Shown here piece by piece: positions 9,603 to 19,166 of a DNA stretch of 64,000 bases (within the stretch, counting starts at the first letter, position 1; the number at the start of each line of letters is the position of its first letter). The DNA is from an uncultured Pseudomonadota bacterium. GTDB lineage: Bacteria; Desulfobacterota; Binatia; Binatales; Binataceae. A program made the position numbers and the translations under genes. The stretch lies in contig CAWIMH010000035.1 of NCBI GenBank assembly GCA_963837035.1, forward strand, positions 341,770 to 405,769, read 5' to 3'. The notes below the pieces were generated by a model. It searched no databases, had not been told where the DNA came from, and saw nothing but the letters and a program-made list of their open reading frames with translations.

Positions 9603-9620
9603 ATTGTACGTTGGTACAAT
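9603..9620. promoter_or_regulatory. 18-bp palindromic candidate operator ATTGTACgTTGGTACAAT in the divergent intergenic region
   Basis: A perfect 7-bp inverted repeat, ATTGTAC/GTACAAT, around a 4-nt spacer. It lies about 160 nt upstream of the lipoprotein-sulfatase operon (minus strand) and 90 nt upstream of the receiver gene (plus strand). A 17/18-identical copy occurs at 17933-17950. Confidence 0.4.
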
Positions 9621-9709
9621 GGCTGAATGATCGCGCATCGCGCAGAATGTATACCAGTCAATGATGCGAATGATTTGAGAACCTTCACTCGCGGAGCAGG
9701 TATCGTTAG

Positions 9710-10096
9710 TTGTGGGAAAAGTCGACGGCCACAGTAATTGTGGTAGATGACGACGTATCCATCCGCCGCGCCCTGGGACGTCAGTTGCAGATTCTGGGCT
9801 TCGACGTATTGGTCTTTCAGAGCGCGGAAGAGCTGCTGGTCTCCGAGCTACCTATTAATAACACTTGCCTACTGTTGGACGTCTATATGCCGGGAATGAG
9901 CGGGATTGAGCTCTGCCAGAGTTTGGTGGCGTCAGGACGGCACTTGCCGACGATCCTGATGAGCGGCCGTGACGACGAGGCAACGAGAGAAATCATGCGC
10001 CAAGCAAAACCGATCGCCGGCTTATTCAAGCCATTCGATCAGAAAACCCTGCTACAAGCGATCCGAAGGGCATTGCGCAATTTGCGAAAGAGCTGA
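9710..10096 (+). CDS. stand-alone response-regulator receiver protein (CheY-like)
   Basis: 128 aa. It has the VVDDD acidic pocket, the LLLDVYMPGMSG phospho-acceptor region and a conserved K near the C-terminus. There is no output domain. Confidence 0.75.
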   Translation: MWEKSTATVIVVDDDVSIRRALGRQLQILGFDVLVFQSAEELLVSELPINNTCLLLDVYMPGMSGIELCQSLVASGRHLPTILMSGRDDEATREIMRQAKPIAGLFKPFDQKTLLQAIRRALRNLRKS

Positions 10097-10237
10097 GCGG
10101 CGGGAAGCCCGCTCACGCCAAGCAACCGAGTCTTTTTGAAATTTTGATTATTCTTGAGTTTGCTCCAAGGCACCCATTGCGCGGCGGTAGCATCGATACG
10201 ACTTTGGCGATAATCTTCGCCATCAGAAAGGGGGCGT

Positions 10238-11675
10238 ATGATGTCCACGGCCCCGCATTCCGCGGGCCAATCCCGGCCTGTTGCTGGGTATTGCCAACTG
10301 GCCGGGTACACGCATTCTCTGATGCGACCAGCAACAGCTGCAAAACTGACCCCACCACTTCTCCGTGCTCGAAGCTTGCGTGGAATCCGTCCACGGCGCG
10401 AAATTGAGCGCTTCGAATTGCTGTTGGACGAATTGTCGGCGGTGATGACCCGGACTCCTGCCGATGCGAGTCGACGGCGAAATCGAAACCTGGCTGGGCA
10501 AGATTTGCCAGGCCTTGGGGTTGGATCGCAGCGGCATCTATGAGCGTGATTCGCCGCTCGATCCCGTGCGCACTACGCATACCTGGAAGCGGCCAAATAT
10601 TCCTCCATTTCCTCGGGATTTCGATCCGGAGAAGTATCTAAAGACGACTACCGACTGGGTTATGGCGGGTAATCAGATTGTGTTCTCGTCGCCGAGCGGA
10701 ATTCCGGCCGAGCTGGCAGGATGCAAGACGCTTCGTCGAGCGATATCGGCCCCAAGGCTTCCGCCGTCATTCCGATGTGGGCCGGAAATCGAGTGATCGG
10801 CGCGGCGAGCTTTGGCAAGTTCCGCGCAGCGCGGGAATGGCCGCCAAAACTCCTCGAACAACTCACTCTCGCGGTCAGGCTCTTCGGCAGCGCGATTGAA
10901 CGCAAGCAGGCAGAGGCGGAGCGCCGCGCAACTCTTGCGCAGCTGCGGACCGCGTCGCGTCGCAACATGATGAGCGAACTCGTCGCCTCACTTTCACATG
11001 AAATCAACCAGCCTCTGGGTGCGATCCTGAGCAACCTGGGAGGTCTCGCGCGGTTGCTCTCGCGGAAAAATCCGGAACCCGCGATGGCCCTTGCTGCGGT
11101 CAACAACGCGATTGAGGATACCAAACGGGCTGCTGAAATCATTCGACGAATCCGTTTCATGTTCAAGGCTCATCCTGAACACAAAACAGCAGTCAGTATT
11201 GGCGCGTTGGCTGACGAAGTGGTGAACTTGATCGCTAGCGAGGCAGCGCTCCGTAAAGTTGAAGTGCTCCTGGAAGTTTCGCCCGCCGTCAAGCGCGTAA
11301 TCGGAGATCGCATTCAGCTGCAGCAATGCTTACTGAATCTGCTCATGAATGGCTTTCGACGCGATCACCGAGAGCAAGTCCGACCAGCGCGAGATAACGA
11401 TCAAAATCGCCCCGGAGAAGCCCGGATGGGTCGGCTTCAGCGTGAGCGATACCGGTGGTGGCATCGACCCTTCGGTCGCCGACCGACTATTCGAACCGTT
11501 TGTTACAACCAAAAGCAATGGTATGGGATTGGGCTTGCTCGTGACCCGATCGATCGTCGAGAATCACGGCGGCAAGATCTGGGCGACGCCGAATCCCGAT
11601 GGCGGAACCACGTTCACCTTCACGCTTCCTTTGGTGCAAAGAAAGCAAGCCAGCGCATCGAAGCGCGGCAATTGA
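10238..11675 (+). pseudogene. sensor histidine kinase (GAF-like, HisKA, HATPase_c) interrupted by at least 3 frameshifts
   Basis: Three overlapping ORFs in different frames read as one protein: an N-terminal region, a GAF-like region (IPMWAGNRVIGAASFGKF), HisKA (LSHEINQPL), and HATPase_c split at LLNLLMNG|AFDAITES. The HATPase_c split is explained by one extra g (aatggcttt versus expected aatgctttc). Confidence 0.6.
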
Positions 11676-11686
11676 CGGCCTGCCGG

Positions 11687-12330
11687 TTAATTTGACCCGC
11701 CTTGAGCGAATCGCGTGGGCGTGGAATTCTCAAGGATTCCAGACATGCGGACGAGACCGGCGAGCGAGTCGGCCTTCATTTTGATCATTACGCGTTCGCG
11801 ATGTGCCTTAACCGTACGCTCCGTGGTTCCCAACTCGGCTCCCACCTGCTTGTTCAACAGACCCCTCGTGATTAGAGCGAAGACTTCGCGTTCGCGAGGG
11901 GTAAGCGCATCCAAGCGACTTTCGAGCTCGATCCGCTGGGCATGCTCGGCACGCCGCTTACGCGATTAGTTCGGCGCCACGAATTATCGAACTCACGAAA
12001 GCTTCTTCGTCGAGCGGCTTTTCAAGAAAATCCACCGCGCCCTTTCTCATCGCATGCATTCCGAGCGACAGATCGCCGTGGCCGCTGATGAACACGATTG
12101 ATGCGAATGGAACCGTGCGGTACAGCTTCGCCTGAAGCTGCAACCCGTTCATTCTCGGCAGAAAATTGTCCACCACGATACAATCAAAGGCGCTTGCGTC
12201 AGTGACATTGAGAAATTCTTCAGCAGAGTCTATGTGGGGCGACCTGAAAGCCTGCAGCACCGAGCTGGAAGACCAACGCTTGCGCGCAACCGCTCGTCGT
12301 CTTCAACGAGCGCCACCTTGATGGCCTCGT
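11687..12330 (-). pseudogene. FixJ/NarL-type response regulator (receiver plus LuxR-type HTH) with 2 frameshifts
   Basis: The receiver N-terminus (IKVALVEDDERLRASV), the receiver core (DCIVVDNFLPRMNGLQL...SGHGD...KGAVDFLEKP) and the LuxR HTH ([12 protein letters not shown]...[19 protein letters not shown]) lie in three different frames. Removing one base near 11958 restores ...[27 protein letters not shown]. Confidence 0.6.
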
Positions 12331-12840
12331 TGGTCGCGCGAGCGTTAGCATCCTGGACGATTCTTTTTCCCGCCGCGTCGAAATCGAACAGGTGTGTTTG
12401 CAGTGACGCATCGGCACCGCCCCCCGAGACATTCGCCGCTGCGAGAGTTGGCAAAACTATAGCCATCGCTCACGGAATCGAGCAAATGGACCTTGGTTCT
12501 CTGCGGCACAAATTTGGACTCCGGTACAAAGGCTCGCACATAGGATGTCGGCATATCGTGGCCTGATTGCATGCTTGGCGCGATGGGACAGATCTCGATA
12601 CTTCTTCGCTGTGACTGTTATACCAGTGGATTTCGAAAATCATTTTTCAAGAGCTGACCGTTGAGCAAGAAGAAAAGGCCCCGGAGCGAGCAGCCGACCT
12701 CCAGTGGAAACAGACGGAAACCGGAGCTGATGCAACGGCCCGGGTGCTACGACAGGCGCATCCTGAACTCCGGATCCTCGCTTGGCTGTTCCCCGTAGCG
12801 ATGCTCGATCATCCTGGCCGTCGCACTCTCGGGACGATCG

Positions 12841-15108
12841 ATGCGTGAGCCCATTCGTCCCGTAATTGCTTCGAAACAATCCCCCGTCCTTAGAGCGAAG
12901 TTCGTGGGATCCGCTGACTGCGCGACCTGTCACGAGCGCGAGAATTCCCTATGGCGTGGCTCGCATCATCAATTGGCGATGCAACCTGCTGCGAATTCCA
13001 CGGTCTTGGGCGATTTCAACAACGCGAGCTTCAGCAACGATGGGATCACTTCAACCTTTTTTCGAAGGGACTCCAAGTTCATGGTCCGCACCGACGGTCC
13101 CGACGGAGCCCTTCAGGGATTACGAAATCAAGTACACGTTTGGCGTCTCACCACTGCAGCAATATCTGATCGCCATGCCGGGCGGACGCTTGCAGGCGCT
13201 AGGAATCGCATGGGACAGCCGCCGGCGCGAGCACGGTGGTCAGCGTTGGTTCTTTCTCTATCCAGGCCAGAGAATCTCGTTTTTACATCCGTTGCACTGG
13301 ACCGGTATCGATCAGACCTGGAACTTCATGTGTGCGGACTGCCATTCGACCAACGTGCGCAAGAACTACGAACCGCGGACGCGTACTTATGCCACCAGCT
13401 ATGCCGAGATCGACGTAGCCTGCGAGGCTTGTCACGGTCCCGGATCGAATCACGACTCGTGGGCGCGGAAGCAAGGCGATTGGCGAAACTTTCGAGATCC
13501 AACCACGGACTGACTATCGCGCTTGACGAACGCAACGGAGTGTCGTGGCCGGTCGACTCCGCCGGCAACACCGTCCACCGTAGCAGGCCGCGCGAATCTG
13601 AACGGGAAATCCAGATGTGCGCGCGATGCCATTCGCGTCGCGGTGAGATTTACGAAGAATACGTCCACGGCCAACCTGTCGGCGACGACTATCGCGTCGC
13701 GCTGCTCGATCAAGACCTCTATTTTCCTGACGGCCAGATCAAGGGAGAAGTTTATGAATACGGCTCATTCGTCCAGAGCAGGATGTTCCATGCTGGGGTA
13801 ACCTGCAGCGATTGCCACGAACCACATAGCCTCAAACTCCGAGCCGATGGCAATAATGTCTGTCTGCAATGCCATTCCGCTCCAAAGTACGATTCAGCGA
13901 AGCATCACTTCCACCAAAAGGGGATCGCCCGGCGCGCAATGCGTCGAATGTCATATGCCGACGCGGACCTACATGGTCATTGATGCGCGACATGATCACA
14001 GCCTCCGCATTCCTCGTCCCGACCTGTCAGTGAAGCTCGGTACGCCCAACGCGTGCACCAATTGCCACAAGGATAAGTCCGCCCAATGGGCCTCGGATTC
14101 CGTGGACAAATGGTACGGGGGCGTACCAGTCGGCTTTCAGCATTTCGCTGTGGCGCTTGACTCGGGAATCCAGCAGGCGCCGGGTGCCCGGCAATCGCTC
14201 ACCGACCTCCTCGCCGATCGCGATCAGCCTGCAATCGCCCGCGCCACCGCCCTTTCAATGCTCGCCGCCTACGCTCCTTATCCGGCCGATGCTACCGTTC
14301 GCGCCGGAATCACGGACGCTTCGCCACTCGTTAGACGTGCCGCCGCTCGAGCGCTTTCGAACTCCGACCTCGCCACCGGCGCATCGATTCTGGCGCCGCT
14401 TCTGAGCGATCCATGCGCTCGGTTCGAATAGAACTTGCCGAGGTGCTCGCCGGCGTGTCTGCGGACATGCTCCCCACCAACGTCGCACAGTCGTTGGATC
14501 GCGCTACAGATGAGTACATCGCCGCTCAGGAATTGAACACCGATCGACCCGAAGCACATATGAATCTGGGGTTGCTCTACGCGCGGGAAAAGCACCTAGA
14601 CCAGGCCGAGGCGGAGCTCAAAAGCGCGTTGTCACTCGACCCAGCTTTTGCACCCGCGGCGGTCAACCTCGCCGACCTTTATCGCGCGCAGAACCGGGAT
14701 GCTGAAGGTGAACAGATCCTCGATGATGCTATCAATCGTTCGCCCAACGACGGGTCACTGCAACACGCGCTCGGTCTGTTGATGGTGCGCCAGAAGCAGG
14801 GCCGAAAAGCTTTAGCTCTATTCGCTGCCGCCGCACAACTCGATCCCGCGAACGCGAGATACGCATATGTATACGCAGTCGCTCTGAATGACACCGGCCA
14901 GACCAGCACTGCAATTGAAACACTCGAGCGCAATCTCAAACTGCATCCTTATGATCGCGATTCACTCACCGCACTGGTTAGCCTTTGCGATCGGGTTGGC
15001 AAATCACTGGAGGCGCTCAGCTATGCCCAACGCCTCTATGAACTTGATCCGGAGGACTTGCAAGTGCGGCAGATGCTCAAAGCGCTGAACGGCCAGATTC
15101 ACAACTGA
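12841..15108 (+). pseudogene. multiheme cytochrome c domain fused to C-terminal TPR repeats, at least 4 frameshifts
   Basis: Several CxxCH heme motifs are present (CATCH, CADCH, CEACH, CARCH, CSDCH, CLQCH, CVECH, CTNCH). They are spread over 3 frames (ORFs 12841-13983, 12866-13513, 13847-14431). These are followed by TPR repeats in ORF 14413-15108. The architecture matches the cytochrome-c-family-plus-TPR proteins common in Acidobacteria and Deltaproteobacteria. Confidence 0.55.
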
Positions 15109-15167
15109 TCGCACCGTATGCATCGAACGAATTCGCAGTCGGTCTGACCAGGTCCGCGGAGGACGCT

Positions 15168-15743
15168 TCAACTCCGCCCGTTCCCTACGGTAATGTTCGA
15201 GTGGCGCCCCGAAACACCGCCAGTTTTGGGGGCTCCGAAAAAGAGTCTCCATAGCTCCCCCTCGCCCATGCGCCCGCTGATCTCGAACAACGCGAAGTAT
15301 AGTGCAAACACTAGAGTGATTCCCAAGACCCAAGCGAGAAGTCGATACATATTCGCCTGGGCAATCACGTATTGTGCCGCCGCGTCGAAATTATGCACCT
15401 TATGTCTGGCTTCCAGAAGTCGTTCCAAAATGCCCAGCAACAGTGTGATAGCGCCATAAATCAGGGCCTTAACTGCGACTGCGACAATCCGGCGATAGTG
15501 CTCAAGGTGGCGGGCGAGCGGCGTCTCATCGAGTATAAGCACCGCTTTTGCGGCAAACAGAGCTCCGATCACAGCCTTGGGAAATGCCGTTACCTCGATG
15601 GAGAAGGTTGCAAGGACCAGCCTTATGATCCAAAGCAAGAGCAGGAAGCCGACCAGGAAAAATACAAATACCGGCCAAGCCGCAACGAACTCACGGTAGA
15701 GCCATCTGCCGACCGCGCGAATTGTGCGCAGGACACTGTCCAA
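15168..15743 (-). CDS. integral membrane protein, unknown function
   Basis: 191 aa with about 4 predicted TM helices. It lies immediately downstream of, and co-oriented with, sulfatase paralog 2. Confidence 0.4.
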   Translation of the reverse strand: MDSVLRTIRAVGRWLYREFVAAWPVFVFFLVGFLLLLWIIRLVLATFSIEVTAFPKAVIGALFAAKAVLILDETPLARHLEHYRRIVAVAVKALIYGAITLLLGILERLLEARHKVHNFDAAAQYVIAQANMYRLLAWVLGITLVFALYFALFEISGRMGEGELWRLFFGAPKTGGVSGRHSNITVGNGRS

Positions 15744-15777
15744 CGTGTTTCCTCTTAATGCGCGACTAAAACCGCCG

Positions 15778-17280
15778 CTAGTGGCTACCGCCCTGCTGTT
15801 GAAGCTTTTCCATCACCTGGTCGATGGTAAAGCTGGCTGCTTTCTGGCGCGGCGGGTACTCCACGAACGTCTTCAGAAAATTTGCCACGAGGCTCTGGGC
15901 GGGCAGAAACATGTAGATGTGATTGATTACCCAATCCCAATAGGTATTCGAAGTAATATCTGCGCGCTCGTACGGGTCCGTGCGCAGATTGAAAAGCTTT
16001 GGAAACCGTAAGGGCACAAGTGGCTCCTGCCAGATTTGCAGCGTGCCTGGTACCCGCTGCTCCATGAAAATTAACTTCCAATTGTCATAGCGCAAGGCCA
16101 TCAGGTCGCCATCATCGGAGAAGTAGAAGTATTCGATGCGCGGACTTGTTTCCTTGCCCCTGAAGTGCGGCAGATAATTGTAACCGTCGAGATGCACCTT
16201 AAAACTCTTCTTGCCCGCCTGATGCCCCTTTAGCAGTTTCTCCTTGATACCGGGCTCGCCCGCGGCAGCCAGCAGAGTGGGGAGCCAGTCCAGATGACTG
16301 ATTATTTCGTTCGATACGGTTCCGGGTTTGATTACACCCGGCCAGCGGACCATGCATGGCACGCGAAATGCGCCTTCCCAGTTGGAATTTTTCTCGTTCC
16401 GGAAGGGTGTCATTCCGGCGTCTGGCCAGGAGTTCATGTGCGGACCGTTGTCAGTGCTGTACATGACGACGGTGTTGTCGGCGATGCCGAGGTCATCGAG
16501 CTTTTTGAGGAGTTTGCCGACGATCTGGTCGTGCTCGATCATGACGTCATGATATTCGGACTGCCAGCGACCCGCCTGGCCCACGATTTCGGGCTTGGCG
16601 TGGGTGCGGAAGTGCATATGGGAGGTGTTGAACCAAACGAAGAAGGGCAGGTTCGCTTTCACCTGCCGCTCGACAAAATCCTCAGTTTTAGCGATGACCT
16701 CGTCGTCGATCGTGCGCATCCGTTCTTTGCCCAGAGGGCCTGTGTCGACAATCAACTGAGTTCCGTCGGGATTGGCCTTGCAGTCAAGCACACCGCGCGG
16801 GCCGAAGTTTTTCTTGAAGTTGGGATAGTCGGAGGCGGGCGGATAGTCGGGGAGCTCCGGCTCCTCCATAGCGTTAAGGTGATAGAGGAAGCCGAAGAAC
16901 TCGTCGAAGCCGTGGCTGGTCGGCAGGAATTCGTCCCTGTCTCCGAAATGGTTCTTGCCGAACTGCCCGGTAGCGTAGCCAAGCGGCTTGAGCAATTCAG
17001 CGATGGTCGGATCCTCCGGGCGCAGACCCAGGTCAGCTCCGGGCACTCCGACCTTGCTTAATCCAGTCCGAAAGACGCTCTGACCGGTAATGAACGCCGA
17101 TCGGCCAGCGGTGCAACTTTGCTCGCCGTAGCTGTCGGTGAACAGGATCCCCTCCGTCGCGACTCGATCGATATTTGGCGTCCGATAGCCCATCATCCCT
17201 TTCGTGAAGATGCTGAGGTTCGCGGTGCCGATGTCGTCACCCCAGATGATCAGAATGTTCGGGTTTTTGTTCGCCGCCAT
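15778..17280 (-). CDS. arylsulfatase paralog (type I sulfatase) lacking a signal peptide
   Basis: It has NPNILIIWGDDIG, SCTAGRSAFITG (the same C-x-A-x-R variant), GKNHFGD and a sulfatase C-terminal domain. It is about 60% identical by eye to the 5513-7138 sulfatase over the N-terminal 140 aa. Neither possible start (MKWYLARETQ... at 17376 or MAANKNP at 17280) gives a hydrophobic signal peptide. Confidence 0.8.
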   Translation of the reverse strand: MAANKNPNILIIWGDDIGTANLSIFTKGMMGYRTPNIDRVATEGILFTDSYGEQSCTAGRSAFITGQSVFRTGLSKVGVPGADLGLRPEDPTIAELLKPLGYATGQFGKNHFGDRDEFLPTSHGFDEFFGFLYHLNAMEEPELPDYPPASDYPNFKKNFGPRGVLDCKANPDGTQLIVDTGPLGKERMRTIDDEVIAKTEDFVERQVKANLPFFVWFNTSHMHFRTHAKPEIVGQAGRWQSEYHDVMIEHDQIVGKLLKKLDDLGIADNTVVMYSTDNGPHMNSWPDAGMTPFRNEKNSNWEGAFRVPCMVRWPGVIKPGTVSNEIISHLDWLPTLLAAAGEPGIKEKLLKGHQAGKKSFKVHLDGYNYLPHFRGKETSPRIEYFYFSDDGDLMALRYDNWKLIFMEQRVPGTLQIWQEPLVPLRFPKLFNLRTDPYERADITSNTYWDWVINHIYMFLPAQSLVANFLKTFVEYPPRQKAASFTIDQVMEKLQQQGGSH

Positions 17281-17372
17281 TGCCTTTCCCTTTTTTAGAA
17301 GCCTTTTCGGCTTGCATTGATCAAGATTGTTAAAATTCGAGGCGGATTGTGTTTCCCTTGCAAGATACCACT

Positions 17373-17762
17373 TCAATTACAGCCGTGACTGTTTGCGGTC
17401 TTGTAACAATTTTTGCCGCTGGGGCTCTTATATACGCCCTTGCCATTCTTGGTCTTGGCTTCTCCTCCCGCGCTCGTGTGCATCGTAATAACTCCATACT
17501 GATTCTTCTGTGAATGCCAAGCGTTGCCAGTATTGCGGTTATATACCCCGGCTTGTTCCCCGTTGTTGCACTCGACGCGGCCATATGCGGTTGTGTAGCA
17601 ACTAGCAAACGCGTCGGTAGAAAACAGCACCACTGTGAATATTCGCAGAGCGATTCTTTTTACTATCCTATGCCGAGATTTTCGATTTGGATCTCGAGTC
17701 AGCCTGCGCTGCAGCGAGGTTTTCAAAACACAAACAAACGTGGTCGTCAGAGGCACACACAA
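17373..17762 (-). CDS. small secreted Cys-containing protein (about 76-aa mature), unknown function
   Basis: The ORF ends 1 nt before the sulfatase-2 ORF. The internal segment KRIALRIFTVVLFSTDAFA|S looks like a signal peptide. The mature part has Cys pairs at both termini (CYTTAYGRVEC ... CYKTANSHGC). The true start is uncertain; a TTG or GTG start is possible. Confidence 0.35.
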   Translation of the reverse strand: MCVPLTTTFVCVLKTSLQRRLTRDPNRKSRHRIVKRIALRIFTVVLFSTDAFASCYTTAYGRVECNNGEQAGVYNRNTGNAWHSQKNQYGVITMHTSAGGEAKTKNGKGVYKSPSGKNCYKTANSHGCN

Positions 17763-17932
17763 CTTTTGCTGATAGCCTTCATCTAAAAACTTCAGTTGGA
17801 GGTAGCCGGCGATCGTCGGTGACCTATTTTCTGCATGGTCGCTTCGTGGTCCGAGCTAGCGCCAGCGAATGGTTCGGTAGGTACGCTGCTGCGCCCTGCT
17901 CCGAGACTGCTCCATTCGTATCAGCAATAACT

Positions 17933-17950
17933 ATTGTACCTTGGTACAAT
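17933..17950. promoter_or_regulatory. second copy of palindromic candidate operator ATTGTACcTTGGTACAAT (extended 9-bp arms TATTGTACC/GGTACAATA)
   Basis: 17/18 identical to the site at 9603-9620. It lies about 170 nt upstream of the minus-strand Cys-peptide/sulfatase-2 module. Confidence 0.4.
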
Positions 17951-18370
17951 AGGGGGCTTTGGTTGACCTGACTAAGCTAAACTCGCGATTCGGTAGGCAG
18001 AAGCCATCGGTGTGAGCGTGAATCATGCAGCGGCGGGTTGCCGACGGAAGCATCCGTCAACAATCGGGACTGCTCGGGCAGAGTACGGACCGCGGCGTCT
18101 CTTGGCTGTCGCACCTTTCGTTGCGCCCGGTTCTCTAGATCATGCGCCGCACCAAAACCGCTCGTCCGACCAGTTTGCAAGCATCCACGCGTGAGCCCAA
18201 TAGTTCGCTGCGCGCATCTTGAGCGAGTTTCGGCCGACCTTCGCTGATTTTGTTGATGTTTTTATTTTGCAAGCCCGCGCTTCATCGGTTTCCGTCAAAC
18301 TTATTAATCCGAATCTGAAGATTGCTGCGCGTAGCGGTAATATGAGCGAACCACCCTCTGGAAGGGCGGC

Positions 18371-18483
18371 GGTGGTTTATGCCATGCGGTGGTTTATGCC
18401 ATGCGGTGGTTTATGCCATGCGGTGGTTTATGCCATGCGGTGGTTTATGCCATGCGGTGGTTTATGCCATGCGGTGGTTTATG
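18371..18483. repeat. 17-bp tandem repeat (GGTGGTTTATGCCATGC) x about 6.6, perfect copies
   Basis: Read directly from the sequence. The unit length is not a multiple of 3. The overlapping 213-aa ORF (18219-18860) with the repeated peptide AVVYAMRWFMPCGGLCH is a repeat artifact. Confidence 0.9.
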
Positions 18484-19166
18484 GAAGACCTGGATCGTCC
18501 GCATCACCGGCTGGTGGCAAATCCAAGTCGGGCCGGTCGGCTATGCGAAGGACCTCCATCAGCGCTTTGAACGGCTCAATGAATAGCGGCAGCGGTTTCG
18601 GTCCAGGTCGAGGTGCAACCCTGACCTCGCCCGACTTGTACCCGTTGATCGCGGCTTTATGGGCGAGAACGCCAACCGCGGCTCGGGTGCTTTGCGGGTC
18701 GCGCAGCATTTCCGCGGAAAGCGCAGTCGGCTGGTTGAGATTGCGAAAGCGTCCGTCCGGGTTTCGCTTCGACATGACCATTACTCGGCTGGAGTTTTGG
18801 CCCCTTTTCCACGGCACTCCTAGTACAGTATACAGAATTATACGGTGTTACGCAATCTAGTTTGGAGAAAACCTCACCTCTCGCGCCAAGAGGGGCGCCG
18901 ACCAAGACCATAATGGTGGCGGGGCTTTTAGTCTCAAGAAATGTCCACTTCAACGGCAGGGGGCAGTTCAGATTTGTTGGGGCGGCAGCCAATACGCTGG
19001 TGGTGCTCGCGTTGATGCGTAGTCTGAAGCAGCCGACGCGACCGATACCACCTAGTGCCTACAAACCTTCCCTACTCAGGGAAGCGAAGATTAGCGCGCC
19101 TGCCAACATTGACCTGCCTACTACTACACAGACAAAACAACAATAACGTCTGTTTACAATCACCCG

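Noticed and set aside
16294-17061. 255-aa plus-strand ORF
   Set aside because: It is antisense to sulfatase paralog 2, for the same reason as above.
18371-18483. Possible CRISPR array
   Set aside because: The repeats are directly adjacent with no spacers, and the unit is only 17 bp. This is a simple tandem repeat, not CRISPR.
18219-18860. 213-aa ORF with the repeated peptide AVVYAMRWFMPCGGLCH
   Set aside because: It is produced entirely by the 17-bp x 6.6 tandem DNA repeat (3 units give one 51-nt peptide period). It has no start context and no homology. It is treated as non-coding repeat.
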